From Thainema sp. (lineage in GTDB: Bacteria > Cyanobacteriota > Cyanobacteriia > Phormidesmidales > Phormidesmidaceae): DNA of 35,982 bases. The notes below the pieces were generated by a model. It made no database searches, had not been told where the DNA came from, and saw only the letters and a list, made by a program, of their open reading frames with translations. Numbering within the stretch: the first letter of the stretch is position 1; each line of letters opens with the position of its first letter. Positions 10,264-20,000 of the stretch are shown here, piece by piece. Location of the stretch: positions 1 through 35,982 of the forward strand of contig JBQLZK010000069.1 in NCBI GenBank assembly GCA_052168235.1, written 5' to 3'. The position numbers and the translations under genes were made by a program.

Positions 10264-11036
10264 GACGAACAGCAAAGGCATTTGCAAATCGAAAAAAAGA
10301 GGTTCAGCTTTTCTTGAATATGGTGCAAGGAAAGCATCCTGCCCGAATTTTTTTAATCGAAGCAACTTCAGGTATGGGAAAATCTAACTTGCTCAACAAG
10401 TTTCGAAGAGAATGCCCAAAGTCTATTCACCAAGTTAGTCTAAATTTAAGATGTGCGGAGATTGGTTTACCGTATTTGTTTAATACGATCCAAAACGATA
10501 TTGGACAGAAAAACTTTCCGCATTTTCAGCAGGAGCTACATAGGCTGTTATCTGGCTCAATAAATTTTTCTGGTAATCAGATGGAGGGAGAACAAACTAT
10601 TCAAATTGCGTTGAACATTGATGAGACAATCCGAAATTTTCGCTTAATGAAATTACAAGATGCTTTTTTCTTAGATTTAGCCATACTCTATCAACCAATA
10701 ACTATTTTGATTGACTCTTTCGAAGAAGGAATTGATGAAGTTAAGAATTGGATCGAAGGAGAATTTTTAAAGAAAGCATCTAAAATTCCGGGCTTGACAG
10801 TCGTTGTGGCAGGACAAATTGTACCGAATCCAAATAATATTGATTGGGGAGACAATTGTGAACATCATTGTCTCAATGCAATTCAAGTGGAAGAAGATTG
10901 GTATGAGTTTGTTGATCAAGCAGATTTGCCCTTTTCGAAAGACGTAACTAGAGCGATTGTTTGTTTGTGTAAGGGCAATCCTTTGCAGGTATGTGCTGCG
11001 TTTGATACTTTACTTGCAAACGGAGATTGGGAGTGA
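10260..11036 (+). CDS. Stand-alone STAND/AAA_16-like P-loop ATPase
   Basis: F.NR..E N-terminal motif, Walker A (ATSGMGKS), Walker B (ILIDSFE), VVVAGQ sensor strand, C-terminal GNPL (GxP) motif. Confidence 0.85.
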   Translation: MRRTAKAFANRKKEVQLFLNMVQGKHPARIFLIEATSGMGKSNLLNKFRRECPKSIHQVSLNLRCAEIGLPYLFNTIQNDIGQKNFPHFQQELHRLLSGSINFSGNQMEGEQTIQIALNIDETIRNFRLMKLQDAFFLDLAILYQPITILIDSFEEGIDEVKNWIEGEFLKKASKIPGLTVVVAGQIVPNPNNIDWGDNCEHHCLNAIQVEEDWYEFVDQADLPFSKDVTRAIVCLCKGNPLQVCAAFDTLLANGDWE

Positions 11037-14000
11037 TGACTACGGAACTGTTAGAAAGATTGAAGCAGGCAAAAACTGAAGAAGAGCGAGATTGGATTGT
11101 TTTATCAAGTTTGTTTGATTCTTTGCAACCTGAGCTAACCAGCGCAATATGGACGGCTGCTATACTACATTGGATCAATTGCGATATTTTGACAAATGTT
11201 TGGCCTGAGTGGAAAGATCGAGTTGATCAACTATATAATCAATTACAAAATTTTTCGTTTGTTGAAGAATTTCCGAGGCGTGGCTATTCGATTCATTCTT
11301 TGATGCGACAAAAGATTCTGAAATGGCTTTGGCTAACTCAGCGAGATGAATATTTAAGTATTTCAAATAGAGCAGCAAACTATTTTTTGCGATTTGATGA
11401 TTCAATTTCACAAATTGAACGTCTTTATCATTTAGCAGTTGTATCAGATAGTAGCGCTGTAAGAGAGTTAGATGGCTTAGCACAAACTTGGTACAAAAAA
11501 TTCCGCCTAGCTGAGCTTCACTCTTTACTGAAGAGGTTGAAAGAGCAAATTGATCAGGATCGTTCTAAACCTATTGTCCAAAAAGCTGTTTTGGGTTGGT
11601 GCGAAAAAATTTCTTCGCAGACGAGCAATGTACTTAGTAGTAATCAAACAAAAAGAAAGGAAGAACAATTAGTTTCCATATATTCTTCTAATAAAAAGTT
11701 GAAAAATAATGAGACATACAAGCCTGACCAATCCCGAGCCAGAATCACAGGCGGCTATCTGATTGAGCGGCTGATTGCCCTACGGACGTTTGATCAAAAT
11801 AAACCTCCCAGCCAAAACGAACTGGCTCAGTTGTTCTATCCCGACAAAAGCCCCAAAACTGGACGCGATTACATCAATAAACTGCGGCAGGGGGAGCGCA
11901 GCCTCACCACAGGGGAACTAGTTGATCTGCTGTATCGCTTGCAGGAACACTATCAGAGCCAGCAGCAGCAACAGCGGCGCAACAGCGATCGCACATCTAA
12001 ACCCTCACCTGCCAGTAGCTACGTTCTAACACCGGAGGAAATGCTGGTGCTGCTGCAAAAGCTGGTGCAGTTGACTCCAGTTGAGCGCCAGCAGCTCAGT
12101 CTGCCAGCCGGGATGGAAGAGGTCATGCTACAGCAGGCGCTGCTCAATCTCAGCCTCTACCAAGATCAGCGCGACTATGAAACGATTATCAGCCTCTATC
12201 GCTCCTCGATTGGGCTGGCCTTTGTGCAGGAAACCTCTTCGCCGTTTGGTGGACTGGATGACGTGCATCGCTATATTGAGACGCTGGTGGAGCAAGATCC
12301 GCCCTATTTGCCAGCGGGTCTGAGCCGCAGCAAGCTGGATGAATTGGCTAGCAAGGCCAAGCGGGAAATCGATCGCATTTTGCTCAAGTGCGGCGTGGGC
12401 CAGTTTCAGTTTCAGTTTCCCAATGTCTACCGTCAGGGGCAGTCGGCCTACATTCAGCAGTATTTGCCGCGCGGCTTTGTCCGCCGTCTCACCCAAGCGG
12501 TGATTGAGAATGAGCTGCTGACCCAGGATTTCCCGATTTTTATTAAGGCGATCACGATTCAGCAGATCGGGCCGTTTCCGCTGCGGGTGGCCAATCAGCC
12601 GGATGATCCGGGTTTGCTGCTGGGTAATCTTCTGCGCTTCGATGATACCGACGTGGAAATCGCCTCGCAGTATGCCAATCGGGTAACGGTGCATTTTTAC
12701 ATGCGGTTGCCTGCCGATTATCAGTCTGACTTTCCGGCCATTTTCGAGCAGCTCAAAAGCCAGGACGACACAGGATTACGCATTGATTTTTCCCTCAGCA
12801 GTACGGGTATCGGGGGCACATTGTCCCACGTGATTAAGGTGATTAATCTGCTGCTGCTGACCGATAACCAAAGTCTGCGATCGCAGTATTTTCCGATTGC
12901 CCATGATGTGCTGATCAATCAGGAAATCATCCGCAGCAACATGCCGTCGCCTGTCTGGTCACACAGTCTGGTCAAGCTCTGCAAGGTTAAAACGCTGGCT
13001 GAGGCGATGGATCAGAGTAAAACCGTGGGCAGACTCCAGCTTTATGAGCAGTTTGCCTTTGGTGATCCGGTGGGGCGGGGCGACTACTGCGGCTTTGATT
13101 TGATTCTCTGTTCGGCCAATGCGGCGCTACAGGCGCGACTGCGAGCCATCCGCTACACCGAAATTGCCCCCGCCAACTATGGGCAAGAACTCTGCCGCCG
13201 GATTGAGCGGCTGTATCTGCTGCAAGAGGCGATTTCCTACGTGGAATCCTATCCGTTTTCGTCCTTTGCGCTGTCCAGTCGCTTGCGGACGACCCTGTTG
13301 CGATCGCTGCAAAACCGGGCGCTGACGACCGCTGATCCCTACAGCTTGTTCGATGCCTGTTTGACGATTGCCCAAATTGATCTGAACGAAGGAGCCTATC
13401 GTCGCGCCTACAGCTATCTGGATCAAGTGGCTGTGCTGAAAGGCTTATCAGACAGCGGCATCAACTGGCTAAGGCGCTTTGGCAATGAAAATCAGGCCAC
13501 GCTGAGCGAGTTCGAGATTTTCTCAGGGGCGCTGATCACCCGCTTTGAACTTTGCCGCGCCCATTATTTCTACTTAGTGGATCGGCGGGCGGAACGGGGC
13601 GTGCGCGATTTTCTGCCTTCTTATATTCCGCTCGATCTGGATGAGCGCACCTTCCATCAGCGGCTGGTGGATGAAACCTGGCAGGCGCTCAACCGCGCCG
13701 AGGAACACCTGAACATTCGCTTAGCCAAGTATTTCATCATTAACGAAGTCTCCCAGGGACTGTTCCATCCCCACAATCAGCTCTTGGCCGAAATTTACTT
13801 CTTGAGAGCGAAACTGCTGATTTTTGCCGCGCCACAGGTACGGGTGGAAGAACCTAGCTCACCCCACTACATTCCTACCGACAGCAGCGTTGCGGGTACT
13901 TTCCGCGAGACAGAAACGGCGATCCACAGCGGTCGGCTCTACCTGATGGAAAAGGCGCGTCTCTACGCCGCCAGCAACGGTAACGAGGAACAGTATGCCT

Positions 14001-15112
14001 GCTACACCGCTTGTCAGGCTTGGCTGTATCTGATGGCTGCCTTCTCATCAGTTGCTGAGATTAACGTGCAGGTGGGGACGCAGCAAATCAAACTGAATCG
14101 CGATCGCGGTTTGGACTGGGCCAGACGCCTGCGCGATCACGCCTTGATTTCCTACGCTGAAACGGGCCAGCGCTGCTATTACCAAATTAAAGAAAACAGC
14201 GGATTGTCCGATGATTTGAATCCGCCCTTCGGTAACTATCGGATTAGCGCCATTCCACCGATTAGCGAAATGCTGGCGGAACACCTACCGGGACAAGACC
14301 AGGACAGCGGCGTTCTGTACTTAGATATGTCTCTGCTGTCGGTGCGGCGGGCTTGGTGTGGAGCCAGCGATGCCGACAATTCCAGCAGCCGAATCTATTT
14401 ATTTGGTGCCCATGCTTGCTACCTATTGCTGGCCAGAGGGCTGTTTCACCTCTGTAGCAACCAGTTGACGGCAGGTGATAATGAGTTTGAGCTAGTGGTA
14501 GAGCAAACCGACGATCCGCAGCTTTGGGATTGCAAGTTTCATATTGCCAGTCGGCTGCTCAATTTGGCCTGGGCCATTGCCGACGACGGGGCACAGGTTC
14601 ATCAGTCTGGTGAAGATGGCCAGTACGACATCCGGCGCAACTTCATGGCTAGCGATTGCTCCAACAGCGAGTTGTTAAATGCTGAGCCAAATTCAGCCGA
14701 TCCGGATGTTGCCTCGGTGCGTGACCTTTATCCCCACCGCGTCACCGAAATTGCCGACTTGGGCCGCATCTTTGCCGCTGCTTGCCTGACGCTGCGGTTC
14801 TACACGGCTCCAGTTGAGCAGCACCCGCAGCTTGACGAGCGGATTAGCTGGATTCTGGGTGATTTGCAGAGCTTGCGCCACTGTAACCGCCCGATTACCC
14901 GCCAAACTCTCCGACAGCAAGAGCGCTACAACGGCCACATGACGGCCTATCTGGAGCGCTGCCGGGATATTCTCATTGCCGAGTGTCGCCATGCAAAGGA
15001 GTTATACGTTAAGGAGGATGTGCGATCGCATCTTCCAGTTGATCACATCATCGAACGCCGCGATCAGCTTGTCCATCAGCTTTTCACAGCCCTACATTCA
15101 GATTCACCATAA
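11036..15112 (+). CDS. Large hypothetical protein: winged-helix-like N-terminal module, XRE-like HTH and helical/TPR-like C-terminal region
   Basis: ATG overlaps the ATPase stop (TGATG); L..FSFVE...YSIHSLMR resembles the post-NTPase winged helix of STANDs; SQNELAQ...YINKLRQGER is HTH-like; LTIAQIDLNEGAYRRAYSYL is TPR-like. Confidence 0.75.
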   Translation: MTTELLERLKQAKTEEERDWIVLSSLFDSLQPELTSAIWTAAILHWINCDILTNVWPEWKDRVDQLYNQLQNFSFVEEFPRRGYSIHSLMRQKILKWLWLTQRDEYLSISNRAANYFLRFDDSISQIERLYHLAVVSDSSAVRELDGLAQTWYKKFRLAELHSLLKRLKEQIDQDRSKPIVQKAVLGWCEKISSQTSNVLSSNQTKRKEEQLVSIYSSNKKLKNNETYKPDQSRARITGGYLIERLIALRTFDQNKPPSQNELAQLFYPDKSPKTGRDYINKLRQGERSLTTGELVDLLYRLQEHYQSQQQQQRRNSDRTSKPSPASSYVLTPEEMLVLLQKLVQLTPVERQQLSLPAGMEEVMLQQALLNLSLYQDQRDYETIISLYRSSIGLAFVQETSSPFGGLDDVHRYIETLVEQDPPYLPAGLSRSKLDELASKAKREIDRILLKCGVGQFQFQFPNVYRQGQSAYIQQYLPRGFVRRLTQAVIENELLTQDFPIFIKAITIQQIGPFPLRVANQPDDPGLLLGNLLRFDDTDVEIASQYANRVTVHFYMRLPADYQSDFPAIFEQLKSQDDTGLRIDFSLSSTGIGGTLSHVIKVINLLLLTDNQSLRSQYFPIAHDVLINQEIIRSNMPSPVWSHSLVKLCKVKTLAEAMDQSKTVGRLQLYEQFAFGDPVGRGDYCGFDLILCSANAALQARLRAIRYTEIAPANYGQELCRRIERLYLLQEAISYVESYPFSSFALSSRLRTTLLRSLQNRALTTADPYSLFDACLTIAQIDLNEGAYRRAYSYLDQVAVLKGLSDSGINWLRRFGNENQATLSEFEIFSGALITRFELCRAHYFYLVDRRAERGVRDFLPSYIPLDLDERTFHQRLVDETWQALNRAEEHLNIRLAKYFIINEVSQGLFHPHNQLLAEIYFLRAKLLIFAAPQVRVEEPSSPHYIPTDSSVAGTFRETETAIHSGRLYLMEKARLYAASNGNEEQYACYTACQAWLYLMAAFSSVAEINVQVGTQQIKLNRDRGLDWARRLRDHALISYAETGQRCYYQIKENSGLSDDLNPPFGNYRISAIPPISEMLAEHLPGQDQDSGVLYLDMSLLSVRRAWCGASDADNSSSRIYLFGAHACYLLLARGLFHLCSNQLTAGDNEFELVVEQTDDPQLWDCKFHIASRLLNLAWAIADDGAQVHQSGEDGQYDIRRNFMASDCSNSELLNAEPNSADPDVASVRDLYPHRVTEIADLGRIFAAACLTLRFYTAPVEQHPQLDERISWILGDLQSLRHCNRPITRQTLRQQERYNGHMTAYLERCRDILIAECRHAKELYVKEDVRSHLPVDHIIERRDQLVHQLFTALHSDSP

Positions 15113-15132
15113 GCAACTAAAAACCCGAAGAG

Positions 15133-15167
15133 GATAGTTTGCCGCCGCAATGCGGCGGCAAACTATC
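15133..15167. terminator. Palindrome between convergent genes (bidirectional terminator or repeat)
   Basis: GATAGTTTGCCGCCGCA-a-TGCGGCGGCAAACTATC. Confidence 0.65.
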
Positions 15168-15184
15168 TTTGAAAACTATCAAGA

Positions 15185-16975
15185 TTACCCTTGTGCTAGC
15201 AAATTCTCGGCGGCAGCCGCATCTATGGGTCGAGCAAAGAGATAGCCCTGGGCAAACTGGCTACCCAGGGTGATGAGATAATCCCGTTCATCGGTTGTTT
15301 CTACGCCTTCCGCAATCGTTTTCACACCTAAGCTGCTGGCTAGCGCGATAATGGCTCGCACAATCGCCTCATTTTGAGGCTGCACATGCAGATTATGGAC
15401 AAAGCAGCGATCAATTTTCAGCGTATTAATTGGATACTGATGCAAGTAGCTGAGCGACGAATAACCTGTACCAAAATCATCAACTGAAATTTGAATATTG
15501 CGGCAGCGAAGCTGTTCTAAAATCTGGGCTGCGGCTTTAGCTCGCTTCATCAAGCCATGCTCAGTCACTTCAAAGTTCAAATACTGACCATCAATATTAT
15601 ATTGAACCAGTAACTTATCAATTTTTTTCAGAAATTCAGTTTTGGAAAAATGTCGGGCTGAAAAATTAACGCCGATTCGGAACGGCTGCTGAACTAAACC
15701 TTTAGTTTGCCATTCTGTGAGTCGTTGACACACCCGCTTCAGCACCCAAAAGTCAATCATCTCAACAAGTTCCGACTCCTCAGCTAGCGGCATAAAAGCA
15801 CCGGGCTGAAGTAATCCTTTGATTGGATGCTGCCATCTGACTAAGGCTTCAAACCCGTATATTTGATTCGAAGCTAAATCGACAATCGGTTGAAAATGGA
15901 GAATGAATTCATCGCTTTTAATGGCTCGTCGAAGTTCAGCTTCTAAACTAAAGCGATTCAGAGCTAGCTGATGTAAATTGGGGCTAAAAACGTAGTGACA
16001 ACCTTTACCTGCTTCTTTCGCTTTGTACATAGCGGCATCAGCATCTCGCAGGATATGCTCCGGCGCTTCGTAACTAGGATTGCCAATCACAATGCCGATG
16101 CTGACGCTGGTGGAAAACTCATGTTGTTCAAGCTGGTAGGGCGTTTTGACCTCCTGCTGAATCGCCTCGGCAATCCGAATCACGCTGGCTTCATCGGCAA
16201 TATTTTCTAACAAAATAATAAATTCATCACCGCCGAGTCGCGCAATCGTGCTGCCTGCGGGTAAACAGGATTCAATCCGACGTGCGATCGCAATCAGCAA
16301 CTGATCGCCAATCGAATGCCCCAGAGAATCGTTGACCAATTTAAAGCGATCGCAATCTAAGAAGAACACCGCAAACCGCGAATCTTCATGCTCTTTGGCA
16401 TCCTTTAGCGCTAGCTTTAGCCGTTTCATCAACAGCGCCCGATTCGGTAAGCCTGTCAGATCATCATGCAGCGCCAAATGCAGCAGCTCTTGCTGAGCTT
16501 TGCGCCGTTCAGAGATTTCAGTTTCGAGCTGGATTGTCCGTTTGCGAACTCGTTTTTCCAGCTCAGTATTCATAATTTGCAGCTCTTGCTTAATTTGTCT
16601 GAGCTTGAGCTGAGTGTCAATCCGGACAATAACTTCTTCAGTGTGAAATGGCTTGGTAATAAAATCAATTCCGCCAACTTCAAATGCTTTAACTTTATCA
16701 AATGGAGCGTCTAAAGCACTCAGAAAAATAATTGGAATTTCCGCAGTTATTTCTTTGGATTTTAATGCTTTACAGACATCATAGCCGTTGATATCCGGCA
16801 TCATGACATCCAATAAGATCAAGTCGGGCTGGGCTTCCTGGGCAACAGTGAGAGCAAGTTCTCCTGAGATTACGCTCCGCACCTTGTACTGCTTTTCTAC
16901 TAACAAGGCCGAGAGGATTCTCAAGTTATCTGGTGTGTCATCAACGATTAAAATATCGCCTTTATACTGCTGCAT
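15185..16975 (-). CDS. Response regulator with REC-GGDEF-EAL domains (c-di-GMP turnover)
   Basis: ILIVDD, LLDVMMP and KPF receiver motifs; ARLGGDEF; FEALVRW, DDFGTGYSSL and AEGVE. Alternative start at 17008. Confidence 0.93.
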   Translation of the reverse strand: MQQYKGDILIVDDTPDNLRILSALLVEKQYKVRSVISGELALTVAQEAQPDLILLDVMMPDINGYDVCKALKSKEITAEIPIIFLSALDAPFDKVKAFEVGGIDFITKPFHTEEVIVRIDTQLKLRQIKQELQIMNTELEKRVRKRTIQLETEISERRKAQQELLHLALHDDLTGLPNRALLMKRLKLALKDAKEHEDSRFAVFFLDCDRFKLVNDSLGHSIGDQLLIAIARRIESCLPAGSTIARLGGDEFIILLENIADEASVIRIAEAIQQEVKTPYQLEQHEFSTSVSIGIVIGNPSYEAPEHILRDADAAMYKAKEAGKGCHYVFSPNLHQLALNRFSLEAELRRAIKSDEFILHFQPIVDLASNQIYGFEALVRWQHPIKGLLQPGAFMPLAEESELVEMIDFWVLKRVCQRLTEWQTKGLVQQPFRIGVNFSARHFSKTEFLKKIDKLLVQYNIDGQYLNFEVTEHGLMKRAKAAAQILEQLRCRNIQISVDDFGTGYSSLSYLHQYPINTLKIDRCFVHNLHVQPQNEAIVRAIIALASSLGVKTIAEGVETTDERDYLITLGSQFAQGYLFARPIDAAAAENLLAQG

Positions 16976-17014
16976 TGCTGTAGATTCCCCGACCCTAAAA
17001 CATTCCATATAGAG

Positions 17015-20000
17015 CTATTGGCATTCTGATTCTGTGCTTTGGCATTCCAGATTTAGCTTTTCGCTTGTAACCTGGATGAGAATGTCATAACGAAAATGAT
17101 CAATAATATTCTGAATAATTATTGACAGTTGGGGATTGATATTTTTCTGTGACTGAATTAAATCTATAATCAAGTCATTATCAGCAACTTTGGCGGCTTG
17201 CCAAAGCGACTTAACCCATTCAAATGGTAGATGGGTAAGGTGCTGTTTCAGTTGTTCAGCACAGTCATCAACTGGCTGTAAGCGGGGACTGATTGTGGAC
17301 TGATTAATTTCCCTATAATCGTAACGCACTCCAATGTGCTCGGCTATTTTCTCCAAAATCAAACTTTCTTGAAATGGCTTTCTAACATAATCGTTACATC
17401 CGGCTGAAAGGATGAAAGCCCGTTCGCTGTCTAAACCACTAGCCGTCAGCGCAATAATGGCGGTCGCTTGCCCTTTAATATGAGAGCGAATATATCGTGT
17501 CGCTTGATAACCATCCATGACTGGCATGCGCATGTCCATCCAAATCAGTTCTGGATTCCATTGTTCCCAAATTTCGACTGCTTCTCGCCCATTTTCAGCC
17601 GTTTTGATCTTAAATCCGAGTGGACTCAAGATTTGCTGGAGCAGGTGACGACTTTCCCAGCGATCTTCTGCAATTAAAATCCGACGGGGCGTTTCGCCTT
17701 TTGCCAAGCCAATTATTTGTCGTTTTGGCAGCAAGTTTTCGACTGATGTGGGGCTGCCTGGTGCGGCTTGAATCGTGAAGCAAAAGCGAGAGCCAATCAT
17801 GCAATCAGCCTGAGAAGAGAGGACTGGCCGAGCGTTTGGCTGTCTAGGCGCGTAAGTCATATCGCGACTGGTTACTGTAATTTGGCCGCCCATTAGCTCA
17901 ACAAACTTTTGGGTAATAGGCAGACCGAGTCCAGTTCCTGAACGGGTGTTCAGACCCACTTCGCTTTGGACAAAGGCTTCAAATATTTTGGGCATGTCAT
18001 CCGCTTCAATTCCATAGCCAGTATCCTGTACTTCGAACAGCAGAATTAAAGGCGAATGATTGCTTGATTCTATGGGCTCTATAGACTTTCTAGAGTTCTC
18101 ATCTGCTTTCGCATCTGTTTTTGCATCGGTTATTTTTGCATCTGTATGACTAGTTATCTCTGCACTATTTGTGTTTACCTCTAAATCTAAATGCAAATTT
18201 AGATGCGTGCTTGAATTCGCAGTTATATTAAAGCTTTTGCCTGTTGTAATATCGGTGTCTATATTCAGTCTTGTATATATGTCTTTCTCTGTATTTTTAT
18301 CTATATGTGAATCTGTTCGCAAATCTAGATCTGAGTCTGCATTATTATCTGATTTAATATCTGCATGAATATCTATGTTGATGTTGGTATTGATATGGGT
18401 AGTTGTACCAGTGGAATCAGCCGAGCTGAGAGTTCGGCTCCGCAGCGCAATGGTTCCTTCCTTGGTGAATTTGAGAGCATTGCTCAGTAGATTAACTAGA
18501 ACTTGGCGTAATTTCCCGGCATCCGCTTGAATATAAACAGGTAAATTGGCATCGGTATCGAGGATCAAGTTAATTCCTTTTTCATGTGCCCGCAGCTCAA
18601 ACATATTGCTGATATCGGTCAGCAGTTGATGCAGATTAAAGTGGGTCATATGGAGCGTGTTGTAGCCCGCTTCGATTTTAGACATGTCGAGCACATCGTT
18701 AATCAGCTCCAGCAGATGCTCGCCGCTGCGGTTGATGATATTGAGGTTTTCTTTTTGGGTACTGCTGAGGCTGATATCCTGAGCCATTAGACGACTAAAA
18801 CCCAGAATGGCATTGAGGGGCGTTCTCAGCTCGTGGCTCATGTTGGCCAAAAACTCACTTTTAGCCTGATTGGCGGTTTCGGCAATTTGTTTAGCCTGGT
18901 CAAGGGCGATATTGGCCATGCGTAGGGCATTTTCCTGCTGTTTGCGATCGCTAATATCAGTATGAGAGCCCGTCATGCGGATTGGTAAACCTTCCACATC
19001 AAACAGCGCCCGCCCCCGGTCTAAAATCCAGGTATATTGCCCTGATTTATTCAGCAAGCGATATTCAGCTTGATAGTACTCGGTATGACCCGACAGATGC
19101 TGATCGATCGCCTGCATCATGCCGTCCAGATCATCAGGATGAATCCGCATTACCCAGTGAACCCGCTGATTGGGGAACTCATCATCCTGAAAGCCCAGAA
19201 TTTCCTTAAAACGCTTTGAGTAGAAAATTTCATCTTCCGAAACTTTCCAGTCCCAAATGCCATCATTGTTGCCGCGAATGGCAAGCTGCCAGCGTTCCTC
19301 ACTTTGACGTAGCTCGTGGGTGCGCTGTTCGACTAATGCTTCCAACTGTTGCGAATAGGCTTCTAGTTGCGATCGCGATTGGCTCAGGTTCGCCATCATG
19401 TGGTTGAACCCTTGCACCAGCAAATTCATTTCTCGGATGCGCGAGGGGGTAATCGGATCGTGGCGCTGACCCTCGGCAATGGCCTGACTGGCTAATCCTA
19501 GCCGCTGCATGGGACGACTAATCCAGTGCGCGACAACAAGACTCATCCCAGTGGACGTTACCAAAGCGAGCAAACAAAACAGGATGGTGTTGCGAGTGTT
19601 GGCCTGAATCTGTGCAGTGAAGTCAGACTGCGGCAGGATGGACACGCCCAGCCAGTTCAGCCCGTATCGATCACTAAATGGGCGCACCTGTACCCAGTAA
19701 ACCTCTCCTTCCGTGCGAAACATGAGCTGCTGCCGGGTTTTGATTTCGCTTAGGTCTTGAAACTGCGTCAGGAGCTGTTGAGTTGTGCGCTGGAGGATGG
19801 GATGGGTAGGTTGAGAGTTATTGGTTGATGGTGGACTGGTTAATGGTGGGTTAGTTGATGAAGAATTAGTTGATGGTGAATGGGTGAATGGGTAGGTGGC
19901 TGTGTTTGAGGCGGCGTCTGTGGCGTCAGTTGGAGTGATATCTGCTGTGGAATGGGATTCTGTTGAGCTGGCGACAACTGTACCGTCTGGTTCGATAATG

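Noticed and set aside
12128..12694. 188-aa minus-strand ORF and other short ORFs inside the large gene
   Set aside because: Antisense or off-frame shadows of a long coding frame.
18050..18440. Intein in the histidine kinase
   Set aside because: No N-terminal Cys block or C-terminal His-Asn motif; low-complexity composition.
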